This document shows, in pieces, positions 35,520-39,504 of a DNA stretch of 39,504 nt. The position numbers and the translations under genes were made by a program. The DNA lies in the sequence record BK061479.1; one strand, 5' to 3'. The notes beneath the pieces are model-generated. The model was given only the letters and a program-made list of their open reading frames with translations. It ran no database searches and was not told the DNA's origin. Source of the stretch: Pseudomonas phage vB_PaeS-D14F. Each line of letters starts with the position of its first letter. The first letter of the stretch is position 1.

Positions 35520-35821
35520 CCGTCATCACCCATGCTTACACCCCGCTGATGGACGTTGATGCCATGAGCGAGGAGGACTGCCGCCTGGCCCTGAAGGATG
35601 TTCTGCGCGATGGGTTCGCGAAGGACCAGCAAATGGTCGAGCTGAAGACCATCAACCACACGTTGAATCAGCAGCTCAATCATGCGAACAACATCTTGAT
35701 CAAGCTGGCGGAGTTGAAGCTGGCCTATCAACACGAGGCGTATGAAGCCGAGCTGGAGCAGTTGGCCGCTTACTACCTGCACCTCAAGGCCGAGCAGCAG
35801 ACTGCTGGGAGGGTGCACTGA
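35516..35821 (+). CDS. hypothetical early protein (101 aa)
   Basis: ATGA overlap with the upstream gene. GGAG SD. Confidence 0.5.
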   Translation: MTVITHAYTPLMDVDAMSEEDCRLALKDVLRDGFAKDQQMVELKTINHTLNQQLNHANNILIKLAELKLAYQHEAYEAELEQLAAYYLHLKAEQQTAGRVH

Positions 35822-36432
35822 TGAACAACGGCACAAAGCGGAACCAGTGCGACGGCTGCCAGGCCGGCGTGCCGCTGGAGGACGGCAAACATCGAATGGG
35901 ACGTCCTGGTGGCTACCCCGACCTCATGAGCTGCACAGCCCATCTCTATGGGGCGCCGCAAGTACAGCCTGTGGCATGGGCCATTTTCGACGGCGCCTGG
36001 ATCTCGGACCACACGGCTGATCCAAACCGAGCGGAGCAATGGGCTGAGGATGGCAAGAACGTGATCGCTCTTTTCGCGATGCCGGTCCAGCAGCCGGTAT
36101 CTGCTTTCGCTCGGGATGTGCTGGCAGAACGGCAGCGGCAGATCCTCCAGGAAGGCTTCAGCCCCAACCATGACGCCGAGCACCGGGGCGGTGAACTGGC
36201 GCTGGCCGCTACTTGCTACGCCGACGAAGCCGTTACGCAGATCTGCCAGCCAGAACGAGAGCCGTGCCTGACGCAACTGGTGCCGGGCTGGTGGCCGTTC
36301 GAGCCATCCTGGTGGAAACCCAGCCTGGACGCTCGAAAGAACCTGATGAAGGCCACGGCACTGCTCCTCGCACAGGGTGACGCGATCGACCTGCAGATTG
36401 ATACCGAGCTGGAGGGTCGTCCCCATGGCTGA
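35821..36432 (+). CDS. hypothetical protein with an N-terminal Cys-cluster (203 aa)
   Basis: TGATG overlap. GGGAGGGTG SD. CDGC...C...H N-terminus. Confidence 0.5.
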   Translation: MNNGTKRNQCDGCQAGVPLEDGKHRMGRPGGYPDLMSCTAHLYGAPQVQPVAWAIFDGAWISDHTADPNRAEQWAEDGKNVIALFAMPVQQPVSAFARDVLAERQRQILQEGFSPNHDAEHRGGELALAATCYADEAVTQICQPEREPCLTQLVPGWWPFEPSWWKPSLDARKNLMKATALLLAQGDAIDLQIDTELEGRPHG

Positions 36433-36625
36433 TGTTCTGGAAATCGACTGCCCCGCGTGCAGCACGCCGTACCCCGAAATCACCGCAGGCTCTGCAGCTC
36501 ATGACCCGAGCCTGATCGAGCTGGTGATCACCTGCAGCAACTGCGGACACATCCTGAATGCGTTCGTCTCCCTGGCTGAGATGAGCGTTGTACCGAATCC
36601 CGAAGAGGAACCCTCCCATGGCTGA
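36425..36625 (+). CDS. small zinc-ribbon protein (66 aa)
   Basis: CPAC...CSNC four-Cys motif. The ATGGCTGA start overlaps the upstream stop. Confidence 0.5.
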   Translation: MADVLEIDCPACSTPYPEITAGSAAHDPSLIELVITCSNCGHILNAFVSLAEMSVVPNPEEEPSHG

Positions 36626-37241
36626 ACAAACAGTGCATGTTCCCGCCGGGTACCGCATGGACGCCAAGGGGCGCCTGGTACCTGAAGAAATGATCAAGCC
36701 CATCGACCTGGAGCGCGACCGCCTTGTGCAGGAGATCGTTGCCAAGGGGAAGGCTCTGAACAAGGCGTTGCTGGATTTCAAACTGGCGACATTCGGCGAT
36801 ATCGAAGCCTTCATCACACTGTCGGCCGAGCAGTACCAGGCGAAGGTAGGTGGCAAGAAGGGCAACGCCTCCCTGGTCAGCTTCGACGGTCGCTACAAGG
36901 TCATTCGGGCCATGGCCGACAACATCGCCTTCGACGAGCGCCTGCAGGCGGCCAAGGCGTTGATCGACGAGTGCCTCCACGAATGGACAGAAGGCGCTCG
37001 CGCAGAGGTCATCACGCTGATCAACGATGCGTTCCGCGTGGACCAAGCAGGGAACATCCGTACCGGCAGCGTGCTTGCCCTGCGCCGCCTGCAGATCGAT
37101 GACGAACGTTGGCAGCGTGCAATGCAGGCCATCGGCGAGGCTGTCCAGGTCGTGAGCACCAAGGCGTACGTGCGTATCCAGGAGCGGGTCGGGGACACCG
37201 ACCAGTACCGCTCCATTCCTCTTGATATCGCAGGGGTGTGA
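36618..37241 (+). CDS. DUF3164-like Mu-phage early protein (207 aa)
   Basis: Track ORF 36588..37241. ATGGCTGA overlap start. Family common in transposable phages (from memory). Confidence 0.55.
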   Translation: MAEQTVHVPAGYRMDAKGRLVPEEMIKPIDLERDRLVQEIVAKGKALNKALLDFKLATFGDIEAFITLSAEQYQAKVGGKKGNASLVSFDGRYKVIRAMADNIAFDERLQAAKALIDECLHEWTEGARAEVITLINDAFRVDQAGNIRTGSVLALRRLQIDDERWQRAMQAIGEAVQVVSTKAYVRIQERVGDTDQYRSIPLDIAGV

Positions 37242-37242
37242 C

Positions 37243-37932
37243 ATGGACCAGGACCGTATCCTCGACAAGATCAAGAAGTGCCTGGAAATGGCGAAGGGAC
37301 GGGGCTCCAACCCGAACGAGGCCGAGATCGCGCTGCGTCATGCCCACAAACTGATGGAAGCATACAATCTGGAGATGGGAGACGTGCTGGCCAGCATGGC
37401 TGGCGAAGCCAGGGTTCCCGCCGGCTCGGATGGAAAACCGCCGGCCTGGCGGGTGCGCCTCGCTCAAGTGTGCTGCCATGCCTTCGGCACGCACCTGATC
37501 ATCTGCACCTCCTATTTCGAAAGCGCTTCGTTCCTGTTCGTCGGCTGCGCGGCGGCGCCGGAGCTGACCGGCTATGCCTACCAGGTGCTGGAGCGACAGC
37601 TGCAGAAGGCGCGCAAGGACTTCCTGAGCACGCAGAAACGCTGCAAGCGGTCCACCAAGGTAGCCCGTGGAGATGCCTTCGCGCATGGATGGATCGAGGC
37701 CGTGTACGCCAAGGTCGACCAGTTCGCAGGCGTCGACGACAACATCGCCGACGCGATCCAGGCGTACATGGCGAAGCACCACGCTGACGTCGGCAAGTTC
37801 GAGATGAAGCGCCGCAAGCTCAAGGCACGTGACGAAGTGGCCAGTGAAGCGGGGTATGCCGCGGGCAAGCGCGCGCGGCTGCACCAGGGGATCGGGCACC
37901 AGGCCGTGGCTCGGCTTACTCAGGGGGTGTGA
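37243..37932 (+). CDS. DUF2786-like early protein (229 aa)
   Basis: CAGGGGTGTGACATG junction. Track ORF 37222..37932. Confidence 0.5.
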   Translation: MDQDRILDKIKKCLEMAKGRGSNPNEAEIALRHAHKLMEAYNLEMGDVLASMAGEARVPAGSDGKPPAWRVRLAQVCCHAFGTHLIICTSYFESASFLFVGCAAAPELTGYAYQVLERQLQKARKDFLSTQKRCKRSTKVARGDAFAHGWIEAVYAKVDQFAGVDDNIADAIQAYMAKHHADVGKFEMKRRKLKARDEVASEAGYAAGKRARLHQGIGHQAVARLTQGV

Positions 37933-37933
37933 G

Positions 37934-38125
37934 ATGTCGCAAGCCAATCCGTTCATCCGTCCTGACAAGGACTACGGTGCAGTGAGTACTGATGATCGCC
38001 TGCGCGCTCTGGACAGCTTCAATCTAGAGCAATGCCGTGCTGCGCTCTCGGTACCCGGTCTGCAGAAGACCGTCGAGAAGAAGCTGCACAGCCGCATTCG
38101 ACAGCTCAACAAGGAGGCCAGGTGA
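37934..38125 (+). CDS. small hypothetical protein (63 aa)
   Basis: CAGGGGGTGTGAGATG junction. Track ORF 37829..38125. Confidence 0.45.
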   Translation: MSQANPFIRPDKDYGAVSTDDRLRALDSFNLEQCRAALSVPGLQKTVEKKLHSRIRQLNKEAR

Positions 38126-38592
38126 TGGAGCGCTACCACTCAACGGCCGGCGATCCACCTCGGCGTGATGCTGACGTAAAGCGGCAGGAGGCCCAGGAGC
38201 TGGACGAACTGGTTCAGCAGTTTCTGGCCGGCGGCGGGCAGATCGAGAAAGTCGGGTACAAGATGCGCGAGCTGCCGGACACTTTCGTCATCAATCCCAT
38301 GAAGACGCCGGTATACAACGGAGCCCTGGCCGAGAATTCGTCGCTCAAAGCGAAGCCTGCCGCGCCACGTACGCAATCCAAGACCGAGCCCCAACGCTCA
38401 CCAGCGCCCGTGCCGGCTTTGCAGCCGGCTCCTGGCGTAAACCCGAAGGTCTGGTTGAGCCGGATGATCGCCGCCCAGGCGCTGCTGGCCGCGCAGACGG
38501 CCAGGCTCGCTCGCGAACTGGGCGTCAGCGATGCTGAGCTGCGCCGGCTGGGTCGTCGGCATGGCATGGAGGTGTTCCATGGCACTCGCTAG
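38125..38592 (+). CDS. hypothetical early protein (155 aa)
   Basis: AAGGAGG SD. TGATG overlap. Track ORF 38032..38592. Confidence 0.5.
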   Translation: MERYHSTAGDPPRRDADVKRQEAQELDELVQQFLAGGGQIEKVGYKMRELPDTFVINPMKTPVYNGALAENSSLKAKPAAPRTQSKTEPQRSPAPVPALQPAPGVNPKVWLSRMIAAQALLAAQTARLARELGVSDAELRRLGRRHGMEVFHGTR

Positions 38593-39142
38593 GGGGCTGC
38601 TCAGCAAGATCCACATCGCTCGTCAGCAGCTCGGCCTGCAGGACGATGTCTATCGGCAGAAGCTGCAGGTGATGTTCGGCAAGGGATCGGCGCGGGATCT
38701 CAACCTGCGCCAGGCCGAGCAGTTGCTGACGGAGTTCAAGCGCCTGGGCTGGCAACCACAGCCCAGCAAGCGAGCAGCCGGCAAGCCGCATAACTTCAGT
38801 CAGCTGCCCGCCGAGGTCCAGGTCATCGAGGCGCAGTTGGCCGAGATGAGGCTGCCCTGGAGTTACGCCGACAAGATCGCCAAGCAGATGTTCGGCGTGG
38901 CCAAGGTCGCCTGGCTGAAGAAGCCAGATCAGCTCACGGCAATCCTGGCAGCGCTGCACGTCGAGCAGGAGAAACGGTACCTCCTCGCTGAAGTGGATCG
39001 GCTCTGCCAGGGCCTGGGCATTGAGCATCCAGAACAGGCAGCCGGCTTGGAACAGTTGCCGAAAGGATGGCGGCGGCAGCGTCCAATCCTCAAGGCCCTG
39101 GTGGAAACGCTCCAAGCGGCCGCAGATAGCAAGCGGAGGTAA
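38579..39142 (+). CDS. GemA-like (Mu gp16, DUF1018) protein (187 aa)
   Basis: Track ORF 38531..39142. GGAGG SD 6 nt before the ATG at 38579. Position immediately before mor. Confidence 0.6.
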   Translation: MALARGLLSKIHIARQQLGLQDDVYRQKLQVMFGKGSARDLNLRQAEQLLTEFKRLGWQPQPSKRAAGKPHNFSQLPAEVQVIEAQLAEMRLPWSYADKIAKQMFGVAKVAWLKKPDQLTAILAALHVEQEKRYLLAEVDRLCQGLGIEHPEQAAGLEQLPKGWRRQRPILKALVETLQAAADSKRR

Positions 39143-39144
39143 TA

Positions 39145-39504
39145 ATGAAGGAGATCCGTTCGCAGCAGATCCGCCGCCGGAACAACATGCTCAGCGAGCT
39201 GGCCGAACTGATCGTCGAAGCGTTCGTGCGCAACGGGATTCCTCGGGAGAAGGCGGTGCCCGAGTCGGAGGAGGTGGCGTTCCAGCTGCATCGGCGCTGG
39301 GCCGGTTTGACATTTGTTTTCCCGGTCAAGGATGACCTGGCCCGCAAGCGTCTGGAGTTGCACATCCTGCAGCGCTACGATGGATCGAACGCCGACAAGC
39401 TGGTCCAGGAGTTCGGAGTTTCAGAAGGGCTGATCTACGAAATCGTCAGGAAGCACCGCAGGCAGCGAAAGGATCAGATGACGCTTTTTGACCCGGCCGA
39501 ATGA
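39145..39504 (+). CDS. mor: Mor-family middle-operon transcriptional activator (119 aa)
   Basis: Size and sequence character of Mor/C-family proteins. GGAGG SD. Last gene before the window edge. Confidence 0.65.
   Translation: MKEIRSQQIRRRNNMLSELAELIVEAFVRNGIPREKAVPESEEVAFQLHRRWAGLTFVFPVKDDLARKRLELHILQRYDGSNADKLVQEFGVSEGLIYEIVRKHRRQRKDQMTLFDPAE

Larger units (their letters stand above)
1..39504. mobile_element. Transposable (Mu-family, B3/BcepMu-like divergent-arm) prophage; window is internal or partial. Left boundary may lie near 226-303, right end lies beyond the window
   Basis: MuA-like DDE transposase plus MuB-like AAA+ protein, Ner-like, GemA-like and Mor on the plus strand. Mu-type head module (DUF3486, TerL, DUF935 portal, MuF, MuG, MuI, MuT, DUF1320, DUF1834) and siphovirus tail module on the minus strand. 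Lower-GC divergent control region at 26.8-28.6 kb. Confidence 0.85.

Noticed and set aside
1-39504. CRISPR arrays, tRNA/tmRNA genes, integrase/attachment sites
   Set aside because: No spaced direct-repeat arrays or tRNA-like cloverleaf candidates were noticed. Mu-type phages transpose rather than integrate site-specifically, so no integrase or tRNA att site is expected.

Overview
The whole 39.5-kb window lies inside a high-GC (Pseudomonas-like) transposable, Mu-family prophage. Its organisation is divergent-arm, as in B3/BcepMu-like phages. Throughout, '(track …)' marks where a start codon has been moved relative to the provided ORF-track coordinates.

Late arm, minus strand, coordinates ~26.8 kb down to ~0.3 kb:
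- Lysis cassette: two small holin-like membrane proteins; a family-1 lytic-transglycosylase endolysin carrying a lipoprotein-type signal; Rz-like i-spanin candidates.
- Mu gp25/gp26/gp27-like small proteins (DUF2730-, DUF1804-, DUF3486-like).
- Large terminase, DUF935 portal, MuF-like, MuG-like, MuI protease/scaffold, MuT-like major capsid, and gp36/gp37-like (DUF1320/DUF1834) head-completion proteins.
- Major tail protein, a tail chaperone with a possible frameshift, a 1280-aa tape-measure protein, and about ten distal tail/fibre genes including a tandem paralogue pair.

Early arm, plus strand, 28.6 kb to the right edge and beyond:
- XRE-type c repressor (leftward) facing a Ner/Cro-like gene across an operator region.
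- A cluster of small accessory early genes, two of them antisense to the operon.
- A CII-like protein, a small acidic protein plus a small HTH protein, and a DUF3102 protein.
- MuA-like DDE transposase and MuB-like AAA+ protein, followed by Mu-type 'semi-essential' genes (DUF3164, DUF2786, zinc-ribbon, GemA-like) and Mor at the right edge.

The two arms diverge from a lower-GC control region at 26.8-28.6 kb. That region also carries an unrecognisable 293-aa cargo ORF and a 67-aa ORF co-transcribed with the repressor. These are the best candidates for an undescribed accessory or defence function. Genes on the minus arm are tightly coupled by ATGA overlaps; those on the plus arm by stop/start overlaps (mostly TAATG/TGATG, also ATGGCTGA). 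Many long alternative-frame ORFs in the track are GC-rich frame artefacts. No rRNA, tRNA or CRISPR array was seen.
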